This document shows, one piece after another, positions 23,401-36,643 of a stretch of 64,000 bases of DNA. The notes beneath the pieces are model-generated. The model searched no databases. It was not told where the DNA came from and worked only from the letters and a program-made list of their open reading frames with translations. The stretch comes from an uncultured candidatus Porisulfidus sp. (lineage in GTDB: Bacteria > Pseudomonadota > Gammaproteobacteria > Poriferisulfidales > Poriferisulfidaceae), in contig OZ220480.1 of the NCBI GenBank assembly GCA_965116025.1, positions 32,001 through 96,000 of the forward strand. The letters are read 5' to 3'. The translations under genes and the position numbers were made by a program. Numbering within the stretch: the stretch's first letter is position 1; the number at the start of each line of letters is the position of its first letter.

Positions 23401-24030
23401 TCATCGCGCCGGGCGGACGACGACCCGCCCGCCGGCGGCGCCCGGAACGGCGCCTCGAATCCACAGCAGACGCTCCTCGCCGCTGACCTGGACCACCTCC
23501 AGGTTGCGCTGGGTCACGTTCTTGCCACCCATGCGTCCAGGCATCTTCTTGCCTTTGAACACGCGTCCCGGGAACTGGCACTGCCCGGTCGCGCCCATCA
23601 CCCGATGCGAGAGCGAGTTTCCGTGCGACCGGTCCTGGCCTCGGAAATTGTGGCGCTTGATCGTGCCGGCGAAGCCCTTTCCGATCGAGACGCCGCTGAC
23701 GTTGACTTTCTGCCCGACCTCGAACAGACCCGCGCCGACTTCCGCGCCCACCTCCGGGATATCCTCGTCCGCGTCGACGCGGAACTCCTTGAGGCCCCGC
23801 GCGGTCTCCAGCCCGGCGCTTCTGAGCTGTCCGGCCAGCGGCCGGCTCATTCGGCTCGCGCGGCGGGTTCCGTAGCTCGTCTGCACCGCGGAATAGCCGT
23901 CCGATTCTCTGGTCTTGACGCGAACCACCCGGTTGGAATCGACCGCCACCAGCGTCACTGGCACGGATTCGCCGCTGTCGCGGAAGATCCGCGTCATTCC
24001 AAGCTTGATCCCGATGACGCCGAGGCTCAT
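23401..24030 (-). CDS. rplC: 50S ribosomal protein L3
   Basis: KLGMTRIF..GKGFAGTIKRHNF..PGRVFKGKKMPG. Confidence 0.98.
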   Translation of the reverse strand: MSLGVIGIKLGMTRIFRDSGESVPVTLVAVDSNRVVRVKTRESDGYSAVQTSYGTRRASRMSRPLAGQLRSAGLETARGLKEFRVDADEDIPEVGAEVGAGLFEVGQKVNVSGVSIGKGFAGTIKRHNFRGQDRSHGNSLSHRVMGATGQCQFPGRVFKGKKMPGRMGGKNVTQRNLEVVQVSGEERLLWIRGAVPGAAGGRVVVRPAR

Positions 24031-24040
24031 GACGCTTCTC

Positions 24041-24433
24041 TCACTTGAGCTGGACGTTGATGCCCGCGGGCAGATCCAGTTTCATCAGCGCGTCCACCGT
24101 CTTCTCGGACGGATTGATGATGTCGATCATGCGCTTGTGCGTGCGAATCTCGTATTGGTCCCGCGCGTCCTTGTCGACGTGCGGAGAGATCAGCACGGTG
24201 AACCGCTCCCGGCGAGTCGGCAACGGGATCGGGCCATGCACCTGGGCGCCGGTGCGCCGCGCCGTCTCGACGATCTCGCGCGCCGATTGGTCCACCAGGC
24301 GATGGTCGAAAGCTTTGAGGCGAAGTCGCAAGCTGCTGTAGCGGCCCTTGCCCTTCTTCGGGACGGCCGCGGCCGCCACGGAGACCTCGGTCTCCGGTTT
24401 CGCCGAACGGGCTTTTTTCTTAGGAGCGGCCAT
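24041..24433 (-). CDS. rpsJ: 30S ribosomal protein S10 with basic N-terminal extension
   Basis: [35 protein letters not shown]. Confidence 0.96.
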   Translation of the reverse strand: MAAPKKKARSAKPETEVSVAAAAVPKKGKGRYSSLRLRLKAFDHRLVDQSAREIVETARRTGAQVHGPIPLPTRRERFTVLISPHVDKDARDQYEIRTHKRMIDIINPSEKTVDALMKLDLPAGINVQLK

Positions 24434-24461
24434 GATCGCGAGGCTCTATCGTCCGAAAGGC

Positions 24462-25652
<1,191 letters not shown>

Positions 25653-25665
25653 CTCTCTCTCCCGG

Positions 25666-27762
<2,097 letters not shown>

Positions 27763-27766
27763 GGTC

Positions 27767-28237
27767 TTACCAGCGATAGTGCGAGAAGGCGCGGTTGGAC
27801 TCGGCCATGCTCAGGGTGTCCTCGCGTCTCTTGATGGCGATGCCTCTCTGGTCGGCCGCGTCCATCAGCTCGCCAGCCAGTCGCCGCATCATGGAAGTCT
27901 CGGAACGCTTGCGCGAGGACTCGATGATCCAGCGGATCGCCAGCGCTTCCTGCCGTTGCGGGCGCACCTCGACCGGCACTTGATAGGTCGCGCCGCCGAC
28001 TCGACGGGACTTGACCTCCACCGGCGGGCGAACGTTCTCCAAGGCGCGCTCGAGGATCGCGACCGACTCGCCGCCGCGCCGACGCGCGATCTCGTCCAGA
28101 GCGTCGTACAGAATATGCTCGGCGACCGACTTCTTGCCGTCGCGCATGAGAGCGTTGACGAACCGGGTCAGCAACTTCTTCCCGTACTTGGGGTCCGGCT
28201 CGACCGGACGTTGCGGGACGTCTCTACGGCGTGGCAT
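27767..28237 (-). CDS. rpsG: 30S ribosomal protein S7
   Basis: [22 protein letters not shown]. Confidence 0.98.
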   Translation of the reverse strand: MPRRRDVPQRPVEPDPKYGKKLLTRFVNALMRDGKKSVAEHILYDALDEIARRRGGESVAILERALENVRPPVEVKSRRVGGATYQVPVEVRPQRQEALAIRWIIESSRKRSETSMMRRLAGELMDAADQRGIAIKRREDTLSMAESNRAFSHYRW

Positions 28238-28264
28238 GGCGGATCCTCCTCAGGGCTTCCCGAC

Positions 28265-28642
28265 TCAGCCGGCCTTGGGCCGCTTGGTCCCGTACTTGGA
28301 GCGACCTTGCCGACGGTCCGCCACCCCCTGGGTGTCCAGGCTTCCGCGCACCGTGTGGTAGCGCACGCCCGGAAGATCCTTGACTCGACCGCCCCGGATC
28401 AGGACCACGGAGTGCTCCTGGAGGTTGTGGCCCTCGCCACCGATGTAGCTGGTGACCTCGAAGCCGTTGGTCAGACGGACGCGCGCGACCTTGCGCAGCG
28501 CGGAATTCGGCTTTTTGGGGGTCGTGGTGTAGACGCGGGTGCATACCCCGCGTTTTTGCGGGCAACGGGCGAGCGCCGGCACGTTGCTCTTGCTCGTGGG
28601 GCGCTTGCGCGACTTGCGCACCAACTGGTTGATCGTTGCCAT
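28265..28642 (-). CDS. rpsL: 30S ribosomal protein S12
   Basis: [31 protein letters not shown]. Confidence 0.98.
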   Translation of the reverse strand: MATINQLVRKSRKRPTSKSNVPALARCPQKRGVCTRVYTTTPKKPNSALRKVARVRLTNGFEVTSYIGGEGHNLQEHSVVLIRGGRVKDLPGVRYHTVRGSLDTQGVADRRQGRSKYGTKRPKAG

Positions 28643-28723
28643 CGTGTCGTCAGTGAAGCGGCATCCATATAAAAACAGGCCAGCGCCCGAGGTCGGATGC
28701 TGGCCCGCCAAATCCGGCGGCGG

Positions 28724-28732
28724 ATTATAGCA
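28724..28732 (-). promoter_or_regulatory. Putative extended -10 sigma70 promoter of the str operon
   Basis: Minus strand reads TG-C-TATAAT about 80 bp upstream of rpsL. Confidence 0.55.
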
Positions 28733-28894
28733 CAGGGAAAACCCTCAGCCCGCGCCAGGGAGCGCTCCGAAACGCGGCGCTTCCCGCCCAATGTCCCACC
28801 AAGCCGCCACGCCGTCCTCTCGCCAGAACTCCCTCTCCCATCAGGCGCGATTTCACTGCGCTCGCAAGGAGAACGCGACAAAAGGGCGGGAGGC

Positions 28895-31800
28895 TCAGAG
28901 TCTCGGCACCTCGGTACCCGACGCGGGATCGATATCTTGGACGAGAGGCGGCGCGCGCAGGACATCCCCCAGCACTCGCCGTGCCCATTCAGGCTCCCCG
29001 TGCAGAAAATACACCCCGCGTTCTTCCCATTCCCGTCGCGACTTCTCCTCATCTCCAATCTGGTCGGGGGTCGTGACGGAAAGGACATAGGCATGCAGGC
29101 GCAAATTCGGATTCTCCTCGCGGACTCGGCGCTCGACATTCTTAATGGCGGTATGCAACCGTACCTTCCTGCGTTCGCTGGGACCAAACCGGACCAGCCC
29201 TTTGGGATCAAGAAACACGATGTGCTGGCTCTCACCATCCACCAGCCAGACGATAAAGTCGGGGTAGTACGCATGGTCATCGAAAAAGGACACGCCCCGG
29301 CCCCGGCTGAGGTTGCGGATCAGGAACAACTCTCTGCCCCGCAGGCAGCCATCGTCAGATCGCGCCAAATCCGTCAGCCCTTCGACGACCCTCTTCTCAT
29401 TGCGATCCAAAGGCACTGGCCGTACCGTGATGTCGCTTTTTCCGATCACGTGAAGCAGAGGCTTGTACGCATGGGAATCGCGATGGAGAAGGCCGAGCCC
29501 AAGGGAGCGATACGCGCGATCCTCACGCATTGAGACAAGAGACCGCACGTCATCAAGCAGCTTCGTTTCCTTGGCGGCCACCGACAGCGTGAACTTCTTC
29601 ACATTGTTGGGATCGGATTCGCTCAGCGACATAACTTCGATGTGGCTGGCCTCCCATCGGTTGCGCTTCGTCTTCCAGAATCGATCCGCGTATTCGGCGA
29701 GGAGGTCTATCGCGATATCCTCCAGCTTCCGCAAATCCGGGAAACTTCTCACCACAAGCCGCTCTGGAGGCAGATACAGCGCGTACCAATCATCTCGATC
29801 CAGCAACGCGTCTACGGTCGATTGGCGGATCGTCAAATTGTGCCAGCCCATTTTTCGCTTGCGCGCGAGCAATTCGTCATATACGCGAATTCGGTCGAAC
29901 AGGGCGACGTGACGCGGATCCAATTTGACCGGCGCCTTCTCGACCATACCGCTTTCCTCGCCACCGCCGGCGCCGATGGACTGCAACCGTGAATAGAGAT
30001 CCATCTCCACAATCGGCTCCCGGGCATCGCCGCACTCCCCAAGAACTGGCCGGTCCCCGGAGCGGTGGTATACCAAACCTTCCTTGAGCCGGATGATCTT
30101 CAGGTCCTTTTTGGCGAAGTTCCACGTGACGGGGAGCCGGAACGTCTTCCGCTCTACTCCGATTCCGTCCGTTTCCAATATCTCTCGGAAAGTCTGCATA
30201 TAGTTCGCGCGCAGTCCGAAGACGCGCAAGGTCTCCAGCTCCGCCAACCGGTCACTGTCCTCCGGCAAATCGGCCCCGCTCTCGCGATGGCGCTTCAGGC
30301 TCATCTTCCAGCCCATGAGCCGAACTCCACGCCCGAACATCTGGATGATCTCCGGGCCCTCACCAACTCCGACATGCATCAATCCCATGGCGCTCACCCG
30401 CCAGGAATTCCAGCCGGCAATGAAACGCCGCGCGCCAATCACGACGTTCACTTTCGAATTCGGGCGATCCACGCTGGCGAACAGCGGACGGGAGACCCCC
30501 GCGTCGCGCTCGACGACAAGGTCGGGATAGTCGCCCTCGGCAAGCAACTTGTGGAGCGCCGCCGAATCGCCGACGTTCACCACGCCAAAAGGAGCGTTTT
30601 CACCGGTACGCAAATGCAGCTCGCCTTCGCCCCGGGTCAGGTAGCGCACGCGCAAACGTCCCGGCCCATGGAATAGGGTGTGGCAAATATCTTCATAGAG
30701 CGCGTCCTCGCCCTCATTTCGGAACTCGTCGAAACGTCCGGCGAAAAAATCCGCGCCGTCCGCGTCGGTCAAGCCGCTATTTCCAGAAACGAGACGCTTG
30801 ATCATGGCGCGCACGCGCTCGCGGTGGGCCAGCGTCCAGCCGAAAAAGGTCAGAATTCGAGCCACGTCCGATTTGGTGTCTTGGTTGGCTTTGGAGCTTC
30901 TTCCACCTATCACCGTCTTGCCAAGGAACACCCATAGCGGGCGGGCAACGTTGAAGTCCGCCCAGCCAACGCGACCTTCGCGCCAGATGCGGCATTGCCG
31001 GTAGAAGCTTAGCAAGCAACCCAGCAGATACATATCGCTGTTCGCGTCTTCGCCCCCTTGGGGAAGGTTGGCGATAGCGTAATCCTTGCCATAGCCATCG
31101 GCATGGAAGGTGCGGTAAGAATAGTCGAACAGCAGGCTCTTTCCATATGCGTCGCGTAACTCAGCGTCTTTGCCAACGATCTGGTTGAAAGTGGCCGAGT
31201 ATTCGAATGTGAAGCCCCCCTTCGCCAGTTCCGCCCTGAGATTCCGCCAAACCTTTCCAGAGGCGCCGAGATGTCCTTCGTCCACCAACACGAGATTGTT
31301 GGAGCCAAAATCGCTCACGGCGATACGCTTTACCCCCCCAGTTTCAACTTTCAAGTGCAACACTCCGAAGAATGGCGGTGGAGGCGATGAGTTGCGGTAA
31401 GGTCTCATTGTCATCAACCGCCCCCGAGAGAGGCGCTTATGAGAAGTTACACGCAACTCACCGAGACCCAACGTTACCAGATCGAGGCGCTGCGGGGCCT
31501 CGACATGAGCCAGGCGGAGGTGGCGCGAAGGATCGGCGTCGACCGCGGCACGGTGTGCCGCGAGCTGAAGCGGAACGCCGACGCTCGGAGCGGACGATAC
31601 CGGGCCGAGCTGGCGTGCCGAAAGGCGAAAGAGCGCCGCCAGAAGCGGGCTCGGCGGCGGGTCTCGCCGGCGGTGTGGAGGCGGGTCAAGAAGCTGCTGA
31701 AGCAGGGCTGGAGCCCGCAGCAGATCAGCGCGTGGCTGGACAAGGAGGGCTTGGCGAAGGTGAGCCACGAGCTCATCTACCGCTGGGTATGGGCGGATCG

Positions 31801-33343
31801 GCGGCGGGGCGGCGACCTGTATCTGTATTTGCGGCAAGGCCACCGTCGGCGCCGGCGGTATGGGCGCGGGAAGGGCCGGTCGCGCATTCCGGGGCGGGTG
31901 CCGATCCAGGAGCGTCCGGAGGTGGTGGAGACGCGCTCGCGGCTGGGAGACTGGGAAGCGGACACGGTGATCGGACGGCGTGGCAGTGGGGTTCTGGCGT
32001 CGCTGCTCGAGCGCAAGTCGCGGCTGGTGCGCTTCAAGCGGTTGCCCCGGCGCTCGGCGCGCGCGGTGGCGGACGCGATCATCGGCATGCTGGCGCCGTT
32101 GAAGGACCGGGTTCTGACCTTGACCTCGGACAATGGAACCGAGTTCGCGGATCACCGGCGGGTGGCGCGCCTCCTGGGCGCGGAGTTTTACTTCGCGGAT
32201 CCGTATTCCTCTTGGCAGCGCGGGAGCAACGAGAACGCGAATGGGCTGATCCGGCAGTATTTCCCGAAGTCGCGGCGCTTCGACACGATCTCGGAGGAGG
32301 AGGCGCGGGCGGTGGAGGACAGCCTGAACAACCGGCCTCGGCGCTGCTTGGGATGGCGCACGCCGAACGAGGCGTTTTTCGGAGCGGATTCGGAGGTGGT
32401 TCGGGCCTGGCGAGAGGAGATGTCCCGGCTTTTGTAAATTCGAGTGGGCAGGTTGGCGCGGCGATGATTCGTCCGGGGAAGGCCAGCCTTCCCCGGACGG
32501 AACGCGGCCGACTGTCGCCGGCTTCCCCCGACCCTCTCCCCCATCCTGCCGTTCTTCCCGTCCGGCGACCGACCCTCGCCGCCTTCCCCCGATCCTCTTC
32601 GTCATCCTGCCGCTCTCGCCGCTCTCCACCGGGTTACAATGCTGTTGCACTTGAAAGTTGAAACTGGGCCCTCTCTTTTCCGCCAACTTGTTGACATCGA
32701 TAATTTCTACCGGTGCCGTAAGGTCGGCACCCGCCGCGCTCGAGAACAAGCGGGCGGGCAAATCGCTCCTCAAGAATTCGCGCTCATGCTGCGCGGAGAG
32801 TTGCTCATTCGGCGTCACCAGAATGACGTTGCTTGGCGAGCGGCCAGCCACGCGCGCCAAGCGAAGGTACTGCAGGATATGGGCATGCATGACCAGCGTT
32901 TTGCCCGACCCGGTGGCGGACTGCACAGCGACGGCACGCATATCGTCGGCGGTGTATTCCGCCATCCCGCTGGTCATTCTTTTTTGCCTCATCGCGTTGA
33001 TCAGGTCGCCGCGCAAGGCTTCGGAGTCCTCGAAATAGCGGCGCAGATAGCGCTCCGCGAACAGCAAAGCCAGCCACTGATATGGTTTCCAACTCCGCCC
33101 TCGCGCGCCATCCATGCGCAACCGCCGACTCAGTGCCGCGATCTCAGCGCAATAGTCTTCAAGCCGGTCCGAGTCGACACCACCTCGACTCGAATAGATC
33201 CAGCTCGCGTATTCATTCTCCTTTCCTATGGAGAAATCGGCCGAAGCGCTCTTCAGCCTGTCTAGCATGGCGGCCAGACTGTCGTAGCCGAATTCTCGGC
33301 ATAGAAAGCGATGGAGAACGAGACGATTCTCGAGAGGCGTCAT
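28895..33343 (-). CDS. res: Type III restriction-modification Res subunit (SF2 helicase/nuclease), interrupted in frame by IS30
   Basis: ATG overlaps the mod stop; Walker A SATGSGKT, Walker B LVDEGH, YSATF, QMFGRGVR, C-terminal YPDF..DPKG nuclease motif; IS at 31337-32668. Confidence 0.88.
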   Translation of the reverse strand: MTPLENRLVLHRFLCREFGYDSLAAMLDRLKSASADFSIGKENEYASWIYSSRGGVDSDRLEDYCAEIAALSRRLRMDGARGRSWKPYQWLALLFAERYLRRYFEDSEALRGDLINAMRQKRMTSGMAEYTADDMRAVAVQSATGSGKTLVMHAHILQYLRLARVAGRSPSNVILVTPNEQLSAQHEREFLRSDLPARLFSSAAGADLTAPVEIIDVNKLAEKRGPSFNFQVQQHCNPVESGESGRMTKRIGGRRRGSVAGREERQDGGEGRGKPATVGRVPSGEGWPSPDESSPRQPAHSNLQKPGHLLSPGPNHLRIRSEKRLVRRAPSQAAPRPVVQAVLHRPRLLLRDRVEAPRLREILPDQPIRVLVAPALPRGIRIREVKLRAQEARHPPVIRELGSIVRGQGQNPVLQRRQHADDRVRHRARRAPGQPLEAHQPRLALEQRRQNPTATPSDHRVRFPVSQPRARLHHLRTLLDRHPPRNARPALPAPIPPAPTVALPQIQIQVAAPPPIRPYPAVDELVAHLRQALLVQPRADLLRAPALLQQLLDPPPHRRRDPPPSPLLAALFRLSARQLGPVSSAPSVGVPLQLAAHRAAVDADPSRHLRLAHVEAPQRLDLVTLGLGELRVTSHKRLSRGRLMTMRPYRNSSPPPPFFGVLHLKVETGGVKRIAVSDFGSNNLVLVDEGHLGASGKVWRNLRAELAKGGFTFEYSATFNQIVGKDAELRDAYGKSLLFDYSYRTFHADGYGKDYAIANLPQGGEDANSDMYLLGCLLSFYRQCRIWREGRVGWADFNVARPLWVFLGKTVIGGRSSKANQDTKSDVARILTFFGWTLAHRERVRAMIKRLVSGNSGLTDADGADFFAGRFDEFRNEGEDALYEDICHTLFHGPGRLRVRYLTRGEGELHLRTGENAPFGVVNVGDSAALHKLLAEGDYPDLVVERDAGVSRPLFASVDRPNSKVNVVIGARRFIAGWNSWRVSAMGLMHVGVGEGPEIIQMFGRGVRLMGWKMSLKRHRESGADLPEDSDRLAELETLRVFGLRANYMQTFREILETDGIGVERKTFRLPVTWNFAKKDLKIIRLKEGLVYHRSGDRPVLGECGDAREPIVEMDLYSRLQSIGAGGGEESGMVEKAPVKLDPRHVALFDRIRVYDELLARKRKMGWHNLTIRQSTVDALLDRDDWYALYLPPERLVVRSFPDLRKLEDIAIDLLAEYADRFWKTKRNRWEASHIEVMSLSESDPNNVKKFTLSVAAKETKLLDDVRSLVSMREDRAYRSLGLGLLHRDSHAYKPLLHVIGKSDITVRPVPLDRNEKRVVEGLTDLARSDDGCLRGRELFLIRNLSRGRGVSFFDDHAYYPDFIVWLVDGESQHIVFLDPKGLVRFGPSERRKVRLHTAIKNVERRVREENPNLRLHAYVLSVTTPDQIGDEEKSRREWEERGVYFLHGEPEWARRVLGDVLRAPPLVQDIDPASGTEVPRL
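31337..32668 (+). mobile_element. IS30-family insertion sequence, copy A (1332 bp)
   Basis: 26-bp terminal IRs CCCAGTTTCAACTTTCAAGTGCAACA; 3-bp target duplication CCC. Confidence 0.95.
31439..32437 (+). CDS. IS30 transposase
   Basis: N-terminal HTH, WSPQQI, GDWEADTV, TSDNGTEF, WQRGSNENANGLIRQYFPK, NNRPRRCLG. Confidence 0.96.
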   Translation: MRSYTQLTETQRYQIEALRGLDMSQAEVARRIGVDRGTVCRELKRNADARSGRYRAELACRKAKERRQKRARRRVSPAVWRRVKKLLKQGWSPQQISAWLDKEGLAKVSHELIYRWVWADRRRGGDLYLYLRQGHRRRRRYGRGKGRSRIPGRVPIQERPEVVETRSRLGDWEADTVIGRRGSGVLASLLERKSRLVRFKRLPRRSARAVADAIIGMLAPLKDRVLTLTSDNGTEFADHRRVARLLGAEFYFADPYSSWQRGSNENANGLIRQYFPKSRRFDTISEEEARAVEDSLNNRPRRCLGWRTPNEAFFGADSEVVRAWREEMSRLL

Positions 33344-36300
33344 GAGAGCGCCGACCTTTCGGCCTCCGCGGCATCTCGTTCGTTGGAATCGAACATCCAC
33401 GCGCGAAACAGGGGCTCTATGCTCTCGGCGGTCCAAGTCTCGCCGGCTTGCCGGACCGCGCGCAGGGTGTGATCTCCATTGGTGTAGATCACGTCTGGAG
33501 AATCCAGGACGCGCGCTCGGTTGTCTACGAGCCAGCGCTCAAGCGCGTCGTTGTCAGTCGTCTCCAAGTTGCGCCACAGCACGAGACAACGCTGGCCTAG
33601 CGGATCCTCTCCAGCGATGGCGAGAACGCCATCGATGCGGCGGCGGAACTCGACGCGCAAGCCGAGCAGAAAGTTGAAAGTCTCTGGCAGATCAACTGAT
33701 GTCTCGCGGCGCGCGCCGTCGCGTGCGATCGAGAGTTTGTAGGAGAAAGGGTTCACGAAATTTTTCCCCAGCAGACAGGCGCTGCGGGCGGTCTCGGCAC
33801 CCAGCGCGTAGCGCAAGCGGTAGTCTTCGGCCAGCTTGGGCTCGAGCTTCGCGAGCAAATCCTCTTTTGGCGGAATCACGACCAACCCGTCCAGCGTGTC
33901 CTCGTAGGATTCGAGGCGAACGTATTTGATGAGTTGCGAAACGCCCTCGCCGCGCGACAGAGGCTTGCCACCTTTCCAGTCCGGCGCGTAGACGATTTTC
34001 TTGAGCCGCGGCAACATCACCGTGTCGAAATGATCTCCCATCTCGACGAGGATATACTTTCGATGCCCTCCGTCCTCGCGGTTGAGGTTAATCACCGCAT
34101 GCCCGGTGGTGCCAGAACCGGCGAAGTAGTCGAGCACGATTCCTGACCGCTCGCATCTCAAGGAAGCGTCCACGCAGTCTCTGACGGTGTAGATAGACTT
34201 GGGAAACGTGAAATCGTTGTCTCCCAAGACTTCATTGAGTATCCTGCTTCCCCAGGAATTGGCGGAATACCGCGCTCCCGTCCACACCGTCTTGTAGTTG
34301 AAACGCTCTTTTTTCCGCAGAATGTCCCATTCGCCAGATTTGGCGTCCTGTTTCGGGAACAGCTCGGCTTTGATATCCTCAACGCTTTGGCGGGCGAAAA
34401 CCCACTTTCGCTCAGTGCCAGACGCATCGATCGGATAAACCTCAATCACCCCATCGTCTCGAACGACGTTCCTGCTCGCTGGATGAAAGTCGTCCGGGCA
34501 AACGTCGCCGAAGCCGGCGATTTCGCCATCACGCAAAAAAACCGGATAAAAGCAATTCGCGGCATCACCGCGCAAATGCGAGCCTTTGCTCACATCGCGA
34601 AAAGGGCGGATATCCGGCTTCTCGCGTTTCTGCAGGCCTATGCTTCGCTCATCTCTGGAATAGAGGAAATAGGCATACTCGTGGGTGGACGAGAAGTTAT
34701 TTCCTTGCTGACCGGTCGCGTTGTGCACGACGGTCACGCAAGTCTTCGCCCGATCATGAAACACCGACCTCAGAAGACACCCGAGATATTCTTGCTCCAC
34801 CTCGTCAATGGCTACGACCACGACCGCTCGATCCGATTCGAAAGATCTCGCTTTCGCCATTCGGTTTTCAACGAATGACAGCCACGTCGAATCTCGATAC
34901 GAGTTTTTATACAGAATTTCGGACGATTGAGCATTGTATGGCGGATCGATGTACACGCAACGCACCTGCTTCGCGTACCGCTTCCGCAACAAGTTGAGCG
35001 CCTGGAAATTCTCGCCATGAACCAACAGCCCATCCGTTCGCTCATCCAGCGACCCAGATTCGGAAAGGGCCGCCAGCAATCGATCCTTGAAGTCCCCGTC
35101 AAAGTGCCGCGTGTCGAGCGCGAGGCTCTGGTGGGACCGCAAGAACGCGACGCTCAGAGGCTCACTGTAGCCAGCCCCGCCGCTTGACGGATCGCTTGTG
35201 GCTTCCTCGTCAATGGCGAACAGCTCCACCCATTCCTCTCGCTGGGCGTCGTTGGCGGCGATTTCCGAATAGAGCTCTATGGGAACCCGGTCCAGCGTCA
35301 CACACCACTGAGTTTCCAGGACGAACTTCTTCTTAAGCCAGAGCCGCTTCTGGAAGCCTTCGATCAGCGTCAGAAGATCAATGATCTTTCCTCCAATATG
35401 GCGGACGGCGCGCATGCGCGCCAGCGTCTGGCGCAATTGGTCATCGTCGCTCATCGACAAATCGTCCACGTTCAGCACGTCGGTCTTCAGATACATATCG
35501 AGCTCGCGACGAAGAAAACCGCCAAGATCCTTGTGGATGAAATAGTCAAAGCTGTTCTTCGCCGTGTAGCGCGCGACATGCTTCGCCAGTAAAACGCGCT
35601 CTGGATCAGCGTCGGTCGGAACGGACGCGCTCAGCGAAGGAATCCAATCCGGAACCAATCGCTTCGCCGAATCCAAAATTCGCGCCACCGCTTCCTTGTC
35701 TATTTGATGCTGCTGGTGGATGCCGTTGCTCTTCCAGCGATTCTTCTCCGCGTCGGTGAGCGGGCGGTGCTCGAAGCGAACGATCAGATGGTCGCCATCG
35801 AGATGAATGGCGGATTCATCCTTCGCCAGCACGAAGCGCCGCTGCCTGCCGTTGGCTTCCTTGATATCGTCTCTCTCGTTGTCCGCCGCCACGACATCAA
35901 AGCAGACGCGACGCGCGGGTTCCTCCGATCCGATCAGGAAAGCGTAGGAAGCGTAGTTTTCGGTGGTCTTGATGTAATATTGGTCGGCGTTAGCCCAATG
36001 CAGCCTCACTTCCTCGCCATCGTATGGGATCAGGTAGGTGGGCCGCCCGCCGCTTGAGTAACGCCGCAAGGTCATGAAATCGCCTTCGTGATAGTAACGC
36101 CCGAAGAACGTGGCGAGGTGGTTATAGACATCGGTCTCGGCCTCCGAATCGGCTCTCGCCGCCGCCAGCCTCGCGCGCAACTTCCGCACCGTCTCGCTGT
36201 CCTCTACAGGCACGCCGAGCTCTCTAAGCGTTTTCAGCGCCCTAGCGAGCTCGGCTTCGACCAACGCTCGCTCCTCTTCCGAGGCTCCCGCCACGAACTC

Positions 36301-36519
36301 CCTCACTTGGGGCAGGAGATCATGGTCAAGGAACGCGTTGATCTCGTCCGCCTTTCGGTTCATCACACGGTACAGGCCGAAATCCAGATCTCCTCGGTCG
36401 AGCTCGAGGATTTCCCGCAACAATTTTTTCAGCCGCTCAAAAGAATCTTCCGCTCGCCGGACGCGGGCCGCGCGTCCTCCAGGTGTCGCTTGTTCCGATG
36501 CGGCCATAATGGTATGCAC
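33340..36519 (-). CDS. mod: Type III restriction-modification Mod subunit (N6-adenine DNA methyltransferase)
   Basis: YIDPPYN motif IV, FPKS, LDYFAGSGTTGHA motif I; coupled to res. Confidence 0.92.
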   Translation of the reverse strand: MHTIMAASEQATPGGRAARVRRAEDSFERLKKLLREILELDRGDLDFGLYRVMNRKADEINAFLDHDLLPQVREFVAGASEEERALVEAELARALKTLRELGVPVEDSETVRKLRARLAAARADSEAETDVYNHLATFFGRYYHEGDFMTLRRYSSGGRPTYLIPYDGEEVRLHWANADQYYIKTTENYASYAFLIGSEEPARRVCFDVVAADNERDDIKEANGRQRRFVLAKDESAIHLDGDHLIVRFEHRPLTDAEKNRWKSNGIHQQHQIDKEAVARILDSAKRLVPDWIPSLSASVPTDADPERVLLAKHVARYTAKNSFDYFIHKDLGGFLRRELDMYLKTDVLNVDDLSMSDDDQLRQTLARMRAVRHIGGKIIDLLTLIEGFQKRLWLKKKFVLETQWCVTLDRVPIELYSEIAANDAQREEWVELFAIDEEATSDPSSGGAGYSEPLSVAFLRSHQSLALDTRHFDGDFKDRLLAALSESGSLDERTDGLLVHGENFQALNLLRKRYAKQVRCVYIDPPYNAQSSEILYKNSYRDSTWLSFVENRMAKARSFESDRAVVVVAIDEVEQEYLGCLLRSVFHDRAKTCVTVVHNATGQQGNNFSSTHEYAYFLYSRDERSIGLQKREKPDIRPFRDVSKGSHLRGDAANCFYPVFLRDGEIAGFGDVCPDDFHPASRNVVRDDGVIEVYPIDASGTERKWVFARQSVEDIKAELFPKQDAKSGEWDILRKKERFNYKTVWTGARYSANSWGSRILNEVLGDNDFTFPKSIYTVRDCVDASLRCERSGIVLDYFAGSGTTGHAVINLNREDGGHRKYILVEMGDHFDTVMLPRLKKIVYAPDWKGGKPLSRGEGVSQLIKYVRLESYEDTLDGLVVIPPKEDLLAKLEPKLAEDYRLRYALGAETARSACLLGKNFVNPFSYKLSIARDGARRETSVDLPETFNFLLGLRVEFRRRIDGVLAIAGEDPLGQRCLVLWRNLETTDNDALERWLVDNRARVLDSPDVIYTNGDHTLRAVRQAGETWTAESIEPLFRAWMFDSNERDAAEAERSALS

Positions 36520-36643
36520 GTGATCGAGAACGGCCAGAGCAGCGTCATTAGCATCCCTCTCGATAAGGAGTTCCGCCCAGTGTCGCTGATGGTCTTATTC
36601 TACCGAATCACTGGTCCTCCCAATATGCCCGCCTGGTCAACTC

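Noticed and set aside
31334-32671. Insert in Res read as an intein or intron
   Set aside because: No Cys/Ser start or His-Asn end and no intron features; it has IS30 IRs, a target duplication and a transposase.
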